Below, one piece after another: positions 24,793-37,065 of a stretch of 64,000 nt of DNA. The notes beneath the pieces were generated by a model. The model ran no database searches and had not been told where the DNA came from. It saw only the letters and a program-made list of their open reading frames with translations. Numbering within the stretch: the first letter of the stretch is position 1; each line of letters begins with the position of its first letter. This DNA comes from Lepidodermella squamata (taxonomy: Eukaryota > Animalia > Gastrotricha): the NCBI GenBank assembly GCA_047495785.1, contig JBLDXI010000003.1, positions 2,666,001-2,730,000 on the forward strand, read 5' to 3'. Position numbers and translations under genes: made by a program.

Positions 24793-27532
24793 TCAAGTAT
24801 GCATATCTTCAGATAACTGGTAAGATCCTGTAGAATCCGAAACTACTTTGGATTTCTCAGAGATCAGGCTCTTCGTCTCATCGTCATCGTCGTCAGGCCT
24901 ATCCCAGTCAGCCCAATAAGTTTTGATTTTTTTACCCTTATTAATGCCATCGATTTCTCCACGGGAGATGAAATCCAGCTCGTCAGTTGACCTGCGTAGA
25001 CGCGAGCGGATAGCATCAGAAACTTGAACTTTCATAGCTGAAATCAGATTTGAAATTTTATGAAATTTATAAAATTATCCCACTCTCATACGTAAGCTGG
25101 TTGAATGCAAGAGGGAAACAATTTGAACCGACTCGCCAACTACATAAATGCGTGGAAACTGGAGATACGCAGCTCTCGCGTAACAGGTACCAACGTGAAT
25201 TCCGAATCGCATCGACACGTCGTGTTCAACACCGTCGAGATTATTGTTAACTTCGATCATTTTATCACGCAGTTCAAGAGCAATGAACAGCATCTCGATT
25301 ATATGCTGAGTCATGATATGATGCTCTCCGAATCCAGTTCCAATCATGAAACAATCACCTGATATGAGGAAAAGATCAAGCAGGGAAGAATGGTAGATAT
25401 GATACCTACCTGTAATGTCAATTTTAAAGCAGCTATGCTTACGAAGACAATCTTCAATGATCTCATAGGTTGTATACATGGTTTTGGCAAAATCGTCGAT
25501 GCTGGATTCGTTCATTAATGTGGCACAGTTTACGTCGAATATCATCAAACAAGCATCTGAATTATAAAACTTTGCTAACTAAAAAGAAGATCTCAGTGAA
25601 ATATCGCACCAGGGTGTTTCGTAACAGGTAGAGTATCCCCCTCTCTTACGCCTCGTGAAAGCAGATATGGTAAAGAGGCTTGCATTTCAGCGGAGTTTGG
25701 CAGATAGTCGTGGATGAGATCAAAAGCTTTCCTCAAAAGTTCCAGATTAGCCTGAAGGTCGAGAATAGTTTTTTGCAATCGTAAGGTCCCGATAATATGC
25801 ACAGGAATTAGGGATACAGCAACCAATGCAGCAGCGCATATAAATGCAAGACCTGAAACAATTTCAAGTTTTTACCATTGACCAATGTTAGGTAATGGGT
25901 AATATTCCGAACTTACAAAATACTTCAAGGTCACTCCAATGACCTGCTGCGTATTCCATAGCTTTTGTAGTTCGTTGGCGGAGTTGCTTCAAAAGCCAGT
26001 TCAAACTTTGATCTTGCTTTTCAGCCGGCTCCGTTACCATTTCGGGAAAAAGATTCTCAAAGTCTTGCTTTCCAACCTGCGAAATAAAATCTATGGTCCC
26101 GGAACTTTTTTGAGCCAAATAAATTTTACATATTGACGTTCTATTCTCTCAAGCTGCTGATACCAATCTTGATCCTCTGTTATATTCCTGACTTGGTCAG
26201 CTGTATACGGCGAGTCCAATCGCGCTATCGCGATGAACTCGGTATAGCGAATGTAATAATTCACAATTGACGTGAAAACTGGGTCTCTGTAGCTAGATAC
26301 AGTCCTGTCTAATAGAAAATAGAAAATGCAACTCAAAACCAGGCTTATTTCAAGTGAAAACTGATTTCTTACTTTCTCGAGCTAGTTTCGTCAAAACAAC
26401 GGTGTATCGTTTCAAATTCACAATCTATGCGGGACGGCATTCCAGTTAGGAAAATATACTGCATTCCTTTGACTTACGGCCTGAAAAACCCGACTAATAG
26501 CTAGTAATTCTGCCCATCCAGCGAACCGTTTCATGTTGATAGTTGCCGTGCGAGCAATGATAGCTAAGTTGTCTCCGATTTTGGAATAAAAATTCAGAAT
26601 ATCCGCCTCTGAATATGTAAGGCAAAATTAAAAGAAAAATTTCCGCTTATTATAGACATCAACCTAACGATCCATTCTGTGCTTTCCGAGTATCCCGCTG
26701 CGTCCTGACAGCCAAACGAAGCGCCAGGGCTGAAGAGATGTTCTGCCTCTCCTTCTCAGGTATAACCACTAAGTCTTCTACATTAGGCCAAATATCGCTG
26801 AACGTCAGTTTCTGGAAAACAAGTGTTAGCCGATGTAATTGATACAGAATGGCATAGGGCTTACTGTATCAACAGCTCGCATTACATCCTTAGCTTTTTC
26901 TTGAAATTCCTTTCTCACAACAAGGTAACATTTCAAACTTTGCAATACGTTTAAGAATCATACTTCATAAGGTCCTGCGTTATACCTAGAAACATGACAT
27001 TAGGTATTTCGCAGATCAATAAAGCCACCTCTCTTTACATGTAGAATGGTTCCATTTCCAAAGCCAGGAGCATTGCGACATCATTCCTTATATAGAGTTT
27101 TCAAGTTCACGATATACTATATATAGCGGAAAATTCTTACATTTCCGCAGTGAGCAGCTTGGTTCTCTGAACGGTTAAAATATTAGGCATTAACTTTTTG
27201 TACAATTATGCATTAGCCTTGCCTGAATTATCCTACTATCCGCTTCCCTCTCGTTCGCCAAGTCTACGTCGGTATAAACTTGAACAAGAATTCCAGCGAT
27301 TGACACGATCGAGAAGAATATTATCTGGAAAATAGACCAAAATCACTAAATTTCCAAGATTAGTAAGACACAATACCAAAATCAAGAGCTCGATGCTTCC
27401 TCCTCTGTTTGACACCTGTGGATTCAAGACGTCGCGCCAGATGTTCCAACAACGGCCACCGAACTTGTCTAAATGTTTGCTGAGAGCAAACTTGGGCCTT
27501 TTTGCTGAGGTAAAAGGAAAAACAGAAGTCAT
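24793..27532 (-). CDS. NIT-like 2-TM receptor with degenerate guanylate-cyclase-like domain, copy 5
   Basis: Close paralog of copy 3 (DRTVSSYRDPVFTSIVNYYIRY is identical). IFDVNC, KIDITGDCF, MRFGIHVG and PRIYVVGESVQIVSLLHS. Confidence 0.85.
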
Positions 27533-28285
27533 ATTTCTTTTATTCGTCTGGACACTGACCAGCCAGGGAGCTGAAATCTCTCATTAAGTAGCCACGTGCT
27601 GACAAAACTTGCATAAATATTTTGTTTTTCAGTCAATCAGTGCCGGACTTAAATGGCGGATTAACTCAGGCAATGCCTGGCCTGGTTATTTAAATGAGAA
27701 CGCGACAGCTTAACTGTCCGGGGAAACAATGTTATCTTATCTGGTTCATGCGGCATGCGATCGATTTGACTGTCGAGACACATGTTTAGAATATTGAAAA
27801 CAACAGAGATACAGTACAAAGAATTCTACTTGGGAGCTAATTGCTATAGGCAAATCGCACTGAGAAAAGTTGCTTTCGTGCTTAGCAAAACAAGTTTTCC
27901 CATGAGGGCGAAGCAAGACAGGTGCCTCTCTGCCTTTGCTTAGTCGTAAGATCAGAGTCTTACATTATTCAATTTCAGGATTACTTGTAAGATCCGCAGG
28001 GTAGTAACAAATTACAAACATTGCTTTCGTGGACGTAATGGGCAGACCTTATTCTGCATTATCAACATTGAAAAAGTAAAAGTGTTGAAAATAGGCTATG
28101 ACATTACTAGTTTATTTTGCACTTCAAATATATCTCTGCCAGCCCAATGATGTATTTACTGAAGATAGAATCAAACGAATGCAGGCCAAACTCCAAAAAG
28201 ATGCTTCTAAGGTTAGCTAACAATGGTACTTGAAATAACATTAACACATCAATTAAGTTGAGTTTTCCCGGAATTTTTCCGTTCC

Positions 28286-31100
28286 TCATTTTCCTTTATG
28301 CCCCAAGGCCTTCTTTCTGTGGGCGGGCCCACGCGATTCGGTACTGCTACTGCTGCTTGAATCACTCGAAGTTCCAGAACTAGAACTCGAGCTAGACTGC
28401 CGTGCCCTGCGATGCCTGACCTTGCGACGCCTCATAGCGTCCAGAGCAGCAACAGAATTAGTACTGACAGTATCATTGCTTCTGTCGTCTTCCTCGTATT
28501 CTTCGTTCCAGATTACCCAGAAAGTTTCAACGCGACCTTTAGCATCGCTCTGAATCAAGAAAAGTAGGGACAAATAATTTAGGGGGGAAGAAAGTTTCAT
28601 ACATCATCGAAGTCAATAATCCCTCGGTGGCTGAAGTGAAGTTCGTAGTACTCAGATAGGTGCTTTGCAACACGGGCCGATACCAGAACGTTGAGAGGCA
28701 AGCTAAAGATGTGAACCAGCGATGTTGTTTGCAAAACTTCCCCGAAGATGCAAACGCGTGGTATTTGCAGGTGAACTATTCGAGAGAAGGCCGGACCAGA
28801 GTGAACCCCGATACGAACACAAATGTCTATATCATTCTCAGCATTATTTTCATTGTACTCGGCAAATCGATCACGAAGCTCCAGGCCGAGAAATACTAAC
28901 TCAGCGACTTGATCAAGCGACCGGCGCTCGCCAACACCCGCACATACACTAAGCGCATCGCCGTGAACATCGAGCTTAAAGCAGTTGAAACGCGACAAAG
29001 TTTCCTCGATAATAGCGTAGTAATTCTCCAGGAAATCAGCTAAAGCATTACCGTCTAGGGCTAAAATGACATTTTGCACGTTAGTCATGTCCATCATAAG
29101 TAGTGCTGTATCGCGGTAGTAGCGAATTTTCGGAATACGCATAGGATCTTTTGCGGTTTTAACCATTTGAGCAGGGACGTAGTCATATAACAGCTGGAAG
29201 GCTTCATTTAAACTTTCGAAATTGCGGTGAAATTCCAAAATTTGTCTGTGCAAACGAACGGTTCCAATAACATGAATCACCATATTTAGCAAGACAAAAA
29301 AGCATGCAACGACGAGAATGGCCAAAGCTAGAAACAATGAAAGCTTTGCTGAAATAGCGGGAATGGAAACTCACATATAACTCACATAAAACTTCAACTT
29401 CAGACCAAGAAGAAGCGTAATAATCCATAGAGGCTTTGACGTGACTTCGAAGTCGCGATAAAAACCAATTGACATTGCCGACTTGTGTTTGACAAGCGGA
29501 TGCAAATTCATCCGCATCGACTGAGACAAAGTCCAACTTATTGATCTAATAAAGGGAATGAAAGTTCAAACACTTTTGATTCTAAATACTAAATAGAAAC
29601 CTACGTATCTCCTTTGAATGTTTTCGATTTGTTTTTCAGATTCCTGATCGTCCGTAAGGTTTCGAACTTGATCATTTGAATACTCCGAGTCCAACGCAGC
29701 GATGGACATGTACTCGGTGTATCGCATGTAATAGAGTAAAATCGAGCGATAAACGGAGTCTTCAAATGTGACCGTACGGTCTATTATACGAAAAATTGTG
29801 TTACAAATTAATTATTTGACTTTGTCTCACTTTCAGCAGCCAGCTTTCTCGCAACTACGGCATATCGTTTCAGATTAAGAAGCTAGAATTGTTCGAAATA
29901 TTAAAAAATGCTTAGGAGTTTCATTGAGCTTACAGCTTGGAAAGTGTGAGTGGTTGCCAAATATTCTTGCCAGCCGAGAAACCTGGGGGCATCCAGCGTC
30001 AAAGAACGGCTGGCAAAAGCTAGGTTGTCAACCACTCGTGAATAAAAGGCGATCACACTAGCCTCGGTTGTACCATTAGGCGCCTTCCGTAAATCCCGCT
30101 GTGCGCGTATTGCCGTTCTTAAGGCTAGCGATGATGATACATTTACCCTATCATCAGGGGGCAAGAGCGCCAGTTCTTCTTCGTTCAGCCAAACGTCGAT
30201 CCAAATTAGCTTCTAAAATGGAGATGGGGACGATGGACTTATATTAAAATAACCTTTCAAACCGTATCAACCGCCTTTGTAATTGTTTGAGCCTTTTGCT
30301 GAAATTCCTATTAAAATACGTAATATGTAAAACCATTAAAAACTGGAAGACTTTACGTCGTAGGGCCCAATGTTGAATCTGAAATAATGTGTTAACTTTT
30401 AGCGCCATAATTATATCAAAACCTTACTCGTAGAAAGGGTCCATCTCTTGAGCCAGTAGCAAAGCCACATCGTATCTTCAAAAAAACATTAACAAAGTCA
30501 GCATTTGAAATAATAAAAAACGTACATTTCGAATGTCTTTTTATTCCTGGCCTGAAAAAATGAGTAAGGAAACTTGAATGTATTCCAGCTTGTTACAAAA
30601 AAGGCTTCACGTTGAGATCGTCGCTGCGGATGATTCTCAGACTGCTGAGCTCCACGTCAGTATAAAGTTGGACACCAATGCCAGCAATTGACAATGCTCC
30701 GAAAAATATTATCTGCAACGGACATTTCTCAATAGAAACCCCTAGATCGGGAAGCCATTAGTCTTACCACGATGACCAAAACAACTCGCCCTGTTGGATC
30801 AGCGACTTTTGGATTCAGGACTTCTAGAAAGTTGTTCATACAGCGATAACCGAAACCGAAGCGTTTCGCAAATTCGCTGCTGTCATCAGAAGAACTCGAC
30901 ACAGAACTCAACTGGTTGCTGTAGACATAGCCGTGCGCAGTTTTCACTGGAATGGCAACCGAGATAACGTCATCAGCAACTTTCGGCCTTGTATTTTCGT
31001 TTGGTTTGAACAAGCCATCGACTGGTAGCATCACGGCATCAGCTGATCTGGCTCGGCGAACAGTTTCGGAAACAACGTCAGCAAAGTTTGGCATTGCCAT
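28286..31100 (-). CDS. NIT-like 2-TM receptor with degenerate guanylate-cyclase-like domain, copy 6
   Basis: LNPKVADPTGRVVLVIV, SSSLALRTAIRAQRDLRKAPNGT, TM2, LLYDYVP, MMDMTN, KLDVHGDAL, VRIGVHSG, PRVCIFGEVLQTTSLVH, ETFWV and a Ser-rich basic tail. Confidence 0.88.
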
Positions 31101-31486
31101 TCTAAAAATTTCTGCTCGATGTTTGTATGTTTTCAGACTGTTAAGGAATACATTCAAATAGCAACTAGCACGGACGTCACCTAGAATTGCTTTATTCTCG
31201 AAACTGGGATAATCCAACAGGCACGCTAAAAGGAAGGCTACTTAGCAGGATTATTAGAGTAATTAATGATTAAAGATTGGACCCATCCGAATTCTGGAGC
31301 AGCAAATAATTAAGGCAACGAGAGCTTTCACAAATAGGTCACTGATTAAACTAGAAAACGTAAATAATTCGAAATTAGGCCTAAACTATACTTTGCTTTG
31401 AGAGATATTCAATTTTTGTAAACAAACAGATGGAAAACTGGGTTAGCGTGGTTAAGTCAATTCATTGAGCTGTGGATTTTCATTTC

Positions 31487-32268
31487 TTATCTGTTTACAG
31501 GCGGTAGACCCCATGTTTTTCGTATCATCAACTCGAAGTGAGAGTCATCTTTGATGCCGGCAGAAACTGCGGAGTAGTAAAGCTCAAATTCATCTCGTGT
31601 AATCTATTAAATGTTTGCGTCAGAAAAGTAGATGACAGCTAAGCGTTAATGGAGCTTACTTTTCCGTCTTTTTCTGTTATGTCGAACTTTCTCAAAAATT
31701 CACTGTAGATTTGCTCATCGGTGGATTCGTCGATGATGTTTTGGGCATGAGATTTGATGCCTGCGTTCCCAGCAATGTCGACAACTTCAATTACGCCATT
31801 CTTATTCTTGTCCAACTGTTCGAACGTAGATGCTATGAATTCCTTACGTCTAGTCGAGAGGGGCGGCTATAATACGATTATAAAAGCCAAACTTATTCTT
31901 GATTATCATCGGAAATGAGGTCATTAGCCTTACCTTAAGTTTTTCTAAAAATTCTTCATATTCGATTCTTCCATCGCCATTAGCATCTAGCATCTTCATG
32001 AGCTCATCTGAAATTTAATAATAATAATTTTGGAGAAAATCTTTGGAGAATCAATAAACTAACCTATCTGTGATATACTTAATTGCAAGCCGTAGTCGCG
32101 CATACCTTTTGCTACCTCGCTAATGTCGAGCTTTCCATTTTTATCTTCATCGTAAATGCGAAATAGGCGACCGAGACCTTGAATGCCCGCAGTTCCTCGA
32201 GCCAAGCATTGACGCCGCAGCTGTACGAGTGGATTTTCAGCTTTTCGTGCTTGCTTTTTGAAAGACAT
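31487..32268 (-). CDS. Calcyphosine-like EF-hand protein, copy B (divergent)
   Basis: LRRQCLARGTAGIQGLGRLFRIYDEDKNGKLD and DEFELYYSAVSAGIKDDSHFELMIRKTWGL, with the same four-exon layout as copy A. Confidence 0.9.
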
Positions 32269-32614
32269 TTCTAAAAGTGGTATGCCTCAATTTCTAAGAT
32301 TCGCATTGCGTTAAGAATTTCAAAGTCTTTTTCAAAATGTCATTCAGCTCTTATGTTTTCTGAAAGGATTTGAACTGTTTTAGCTAAATCTGATTGTCTG
32401 CTTATTCGTGGGAGTGTACTTTTCAATTTTAAAATAAGGGTTTTAGCAATAAATTTCAGCCAGACTTCTACATTGCGCTCTGAGATGCCGTTATTCTTCC
32501 GAATTATTTATTCTAGACGGCTCAATTTCCGCCCGGTTGAAACTTAGAAAGGCTCAGAGAAAGAATCGTACTATCGCTCCTTTTACTTTCTTTATTTCGA
32601 GGACCAAAATATAA

Positions 32615-33112
32615 TCAATCCGAGAAAAGACGTCGGAAAACTAGCTGCATGATTGCCGGCAAAATCCACAAATGCCCAGTCGACGAGGTCAGCATATTTG
32701 GGCTGCTGTTGCAAAGGTTTGTGTTGCAGCAAAACGTTTCGGTGCAAGTATCCTTCGAATCGCAAACTTTACCCTCAGTGCAACTCAAGGAGCATGATTT
32801 GCCGATCCTCGCCTTTTTCTTGCCAATTTTGCCTTCTTTTGGGGTCACCACAGTTTTCTGTAAATTAAGATTAACGCACCGTTGACTGTTTATAGAAATT
32901 CAACCTTGCAAAATAGTGTTGTTGTGCAGGTTTGGTACCTGGCAGGAGCTGTGTCATTCGCTCTTCCTTTTCCTGAGTAGCATTGAATCGCACCTAATAA
33001 GGATATAGGATATAGTTTGTGAGGAAAAATGAAACTATTTGTTCTAACTTGTCGAGGATATCAGCAATTCGAAAATCAGAAGAGTAGCTACCAAGCCTAA
33101 AAGCTTATTCAT
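32615..33112 (-). CDS. Ly6/uPAR (three-finger) family protein, probably GPI-anchored, 3 exons
   Basis: Signal peptide MNKLLGLVATLLIFELLISST, then IQCY, ten Cys in the mature part, terminal CCNTNLCN motif and a hydrophobic tail. Confidence 0.85.
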
Positions 33113-33678
33113 TATATCCGTTTTTCGCAGAATTTTCGCATAAAACGACTAACATCAAATGGTTGAGCTGCAAAGACACCGGCTCTTGCGTGACTTGCAC
33201 TCCGGAGATGCACCGTGCCAGATGGTGCAGGCTCCAGAGCATAAATGAGACCATCAAACTGGAAAAAAATCGCAAAATTGAAGCTAATCCATTTTTCAGG
33301 TTAATTTTCTCGATTCAAGGAATTTAACAAGAAACAGTCATTTCGGGCGCCAAAATTTTACCCATCGGCAAAAAGGAGACGTATTATGTCAAAGCAATGA
33401 ATAATGATTATTCAACTCTGTTGAAAACCGGGCATGAGTCATCGTCTGTCAGCTCCCTTACCTGACAAAAGAAGCGCTCAGTCGACTTGTTGGCATGTGA
33501 TCATGTTTCCTACGCTTCATTGTAATCCACACGTTAAAAGCTCCAGGGTTATTTGCCGTGTGAAGTTTTTTGTCAATTATTTCAACCGCCGCCGCAACGC
33601 CTAATCCTTCAAAACAACATAGACTTTTTGATGGCAGATTGAAAACAACACTTCATTTTTCTCGTGAATGCAAATATT

Positions 33679-34149
33679 ATGGTGGTTAGCATTGATCAAG
33701 CTTGTTTTCGCACGTTCAAACGGCTGAAATCTGGCGAGTACAACTATTTTACAGTAAAGCTATCGGATGATAAGGAACGATTCGTTCCCGACAAGTACAG
33801 CAAATTTCACTCTGAATCAACCGAAGAAACCAGTTTCAATGAGTTACGAGAATTTATTGGCGCTTTCCCGTTTCGAGCTTGTCGCTTTGGCTTCATGACT
33901 TTCAAACTTCGATATGAAGATACGCGAATTTCTGGAATTCTGATGATACACTACGCTCCAAGTTCTGCACCTGTGCCAGAGAGAATCAAATTCCGGCACG
34001 CGAAGAAAGCTCTCTTATCGCAATTCACCTATGCCGCTGGGAGCACAATGCTTATAGAGATGAAAATTGACCACATGGGTGATTTAAGTCTCACTTCAGT
34101 CCGCGACCTATTGGAAGCGCAATGGCATGCCCATGGCAATGCAATCTAA
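33679..34149 (+). CDS. ADF/cofilin-family (ADF-H domain) protein, intronless
   Basis: VSIDQAC..TFKRLK...YNYFTVKL, CRFGFMTF and LMIHYAPSSAPVPERIKF...KKAL resemble the cofilin motifs CRY and FIxWxPxxAxxKxKMxYxSSK. First ATG at 33679. Confidence 0.75.
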   Translation: MVVSIDQACFRTFKRLKSGEYNYFTVKLSDDKERFVPDKYSKFHSESTEETSFNELREFIGAFPFRACRFGFMTFKLRYEDTRISGILMIHYAPSSAPVPERIKFRHAKKALLSQFTYAAGSTMLIEMKIDHMGDLSLTSVRDLLEAQWHAHGNAI

Positions 34150-34935
34150 CCATTACAAATGTCACCATTGAATTATAACGGCGGTTACACCCATGAAAGC
34201 GAAACCGTCAACAGTGAACTCAGCAATATCGATTTTCCCTTCTTTGTGTTCACGCACTCATTTTCTTTGTCTATGAGCGCTTTCCGTCAACGTTAATAAA
34301 TAAATTTCGCTTTCAGGATTTTCAGACTTTTGTTGCAGCCACGGAAACTGGCCATCGTGTGTTACTATTGTTACTTGGCCGAGTAATCAATCAAGGAGTG
34401 CGCCCTTATGATTGTAGACAAGCGGAAGGTCGCAGACTTCATAGTAATATATAATACTTTCATCCTAAATTTTCAAAAAGACGTCCACATTTTTGCTTAC
34501 CTGTCACAGTAAATAATTAATTAGCGATCAGCCCATTGGTGCGATTTTTAATGCCATTAAGATGGCAGACAAAGATGCCGCCTATTTGTGTCAAGTGTCG
34601 AATTTTCTGCGCTAAGCCGCTTTGTATTGAGAACAATTTTATTCGCAAGATTGTGCGTGTGTGTAATAAAAGTGCATTTCAGAGTTTAATGCGACGAAAT
34701 GGCGACGCGCGCTTTTAGCAACAATGCGCGCAGGCTTTGAGAACAATGAATGGCGTCTCTTTATCACTGCTTCTCTTCAATATCTGTGAACACACAAAAC
34801 ACTCATCAGCCATTGCTCTAGCTATTCTGTGTTGTTAAAAGCAGATTATTTATCCACCTGAAAAACTTGATGCATGCTGACTTTTTCTAGGATTTTTATA
34901 CGTGCGGTATCCTTACATTGCCGTGATGATGTGAG

Positions 34936-36769
34936 ATGATAGTTGCGCTATCAAAACTTACAACCAGGCGTCCTCTGGTTTGGTTTTTGGTGCTGACCGG
35001 TGCTGCAATCGTTTCCTATACATCAATCGTTTGGTCAGTATGTAGTCAGAAATCATGCCTCGAAATCCCTGGATTTTTCGGCCTTCAATCAAAATCTCTG
35101 CATGTATTTCAAGAAGATTTCGATGGCGGACTGGCAGATTACGTCATTAAAGACGATACAATCTCATCGATGATAAATGGCTTACAGCAAGTAATCGAAA
35201 ATCCTTATGCCCTTCAACACAAACAATATCACCGAGGCGCGCTGCAAGTCTACGGCAGCCAAAAGCGGATTCACAATGCGATTATGAAAGTGATCGCACC
35301 TGGGAAGCAGCGGCGGAAGCGAGAGTTTCGAATTGCACTAATAGGAGGATCATCTTCTGTGCCTCATGGAGTTGCTGTAATTTTTCATCCTTATTTTTGG
35401 ATTTTGTCAAACATTTTTAATTCTTTTAGCCTCATAAAAGCTACTACGCCCTCTTTTGCGGATGGCTCATGTACGCGTTCGGTACTGTTGAAGTCCAAGT
35501 CTACTGTGATAATTTCGCATTGGGTGCCACTGGCAGGTAAATCCAGCTTAATAATCTTAAATTTCTGAAATATTGATATTCCAACATAGCAATTATTACG
35601 CCCTGTGTCTCAACGAATTCATCAATGTTTCGAATTACGACATGCTGATAACTGAATTTGCGTTGAATGACGAGCATTTTATCAACACGAAGGCCAACAA
35701 TTACATACCCGACGGTGGACGGCCTTATGAAGAACTTGTCCGGTTAGCTCTGCATAAAAATCCTCATCTCCACATCGTCCCTGTTATTTTCACCCCGCTA
35801 CGCCATATGTTACTCCTGGACTACCCCGCCAAGTGCATGGATGTGAAAATCGATGATATTTACGCGGAAATATCGAAATATTACCAACTAACCTCCATTT
35901 ACTACAAGAATTTTTTCTGCGGACCTGACCGTAATATATCGACTCTAACGAAGTTGGAACAGGCGAAACTGGCCCAGCTCTACTTGTCAGAAATGGATGG
36001 AATGCACGCTGGCTTTAGAATTCATGCCATGCTAGCTGAATATCTTGTTTCCTACATCCGAACCACCCTGAGACAATTAGTTCAAAAGCTTCGCTTGGTC
36101 GACAGAAGCACGTTTTCTCCCGATATTGAAAAGCTCATTGATAACGAGAGAAGTGTTGTTACCCAGCAAACTGTTGAAACCTTAGAAAAGCCTCTCTATC
36201 CATCAACAAGGAGAAATTATGACTCGGAATGTCTAGTGAATTACATTAAGAAGGTTCGGAAGAACACCCGGCTATCGGACGGATTTCTCTGGTCGTCGAA
36301 GGATTTCAGTTTCGCGAGGAACGTATCTCTCGATTTTTTGAGAATCGTGAGATTGGCTGAACCGACATCTTTCGCTGACTTTAGCTTCAAAGGGATTTTC
36401 AAAAAGTCAATTTCAAACTGTGTCAATGGTTATATACCTCGAATAGGAATAGCCCATCACTTATGCAACTGCACTTCGGTTGGAAATCTCACGATACAAG
36501 CGAGATTTACGTTTTCGGATGGATCTGTGATTGAGAGGGATTTTTACATCCCCTTGGCGGTTACTGGATTCAAACCTAACTTCGTCCAATACGCAGACGC
36601 TGTTGAGAAGATGCCGGCATTCATAGCAGAGGACCCTTTCCCGACTGACAGGTTCTGCCGGCCTGATGCGCCAACGATTGATTCGCTGAGATTACGCCTC
36701 GAACAGCACAGTAAAGAGTTTTACCCAATGCGCATGAGCACAATAATCATTTATTACAATTGCTGCTGA
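34936..36769 (+). CDS. Type II membrane SGNH/GDSL-like hydrolase, 3 exons
   Basis: N-terminal TM. Block I IALIGGSSS, block II NFALGATGS (exon starting 35430), block III EFALND and block V DGMH are all present. Confidence 0.75.
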
Positions 36770-37065
36770 TTCTTTTTTGAACTCAGTAGCTCAGCATCAA
36801 AAGCCTTTTTCGTGATCTCTATTTTATTTGGTGGTAAAACCACGACACGCCTAACTTATAGTATCAGTTCGAATTATTTTGATTCTCTGTTGCTAATAAT
36901 AAAAAGTGCATCGATCATACCGCCAGAAGTTTCAAGTGACCTATACATTGCGATTCAAGTAACAGGTGATCTACCATCAATTGTCACAACAGATGACGAT
37001 GAGCAGGACAAAATACAGAATTTCTGATAGGAGTTTCAGGTCTCTAAAATGTGTATTCCAAGTGA

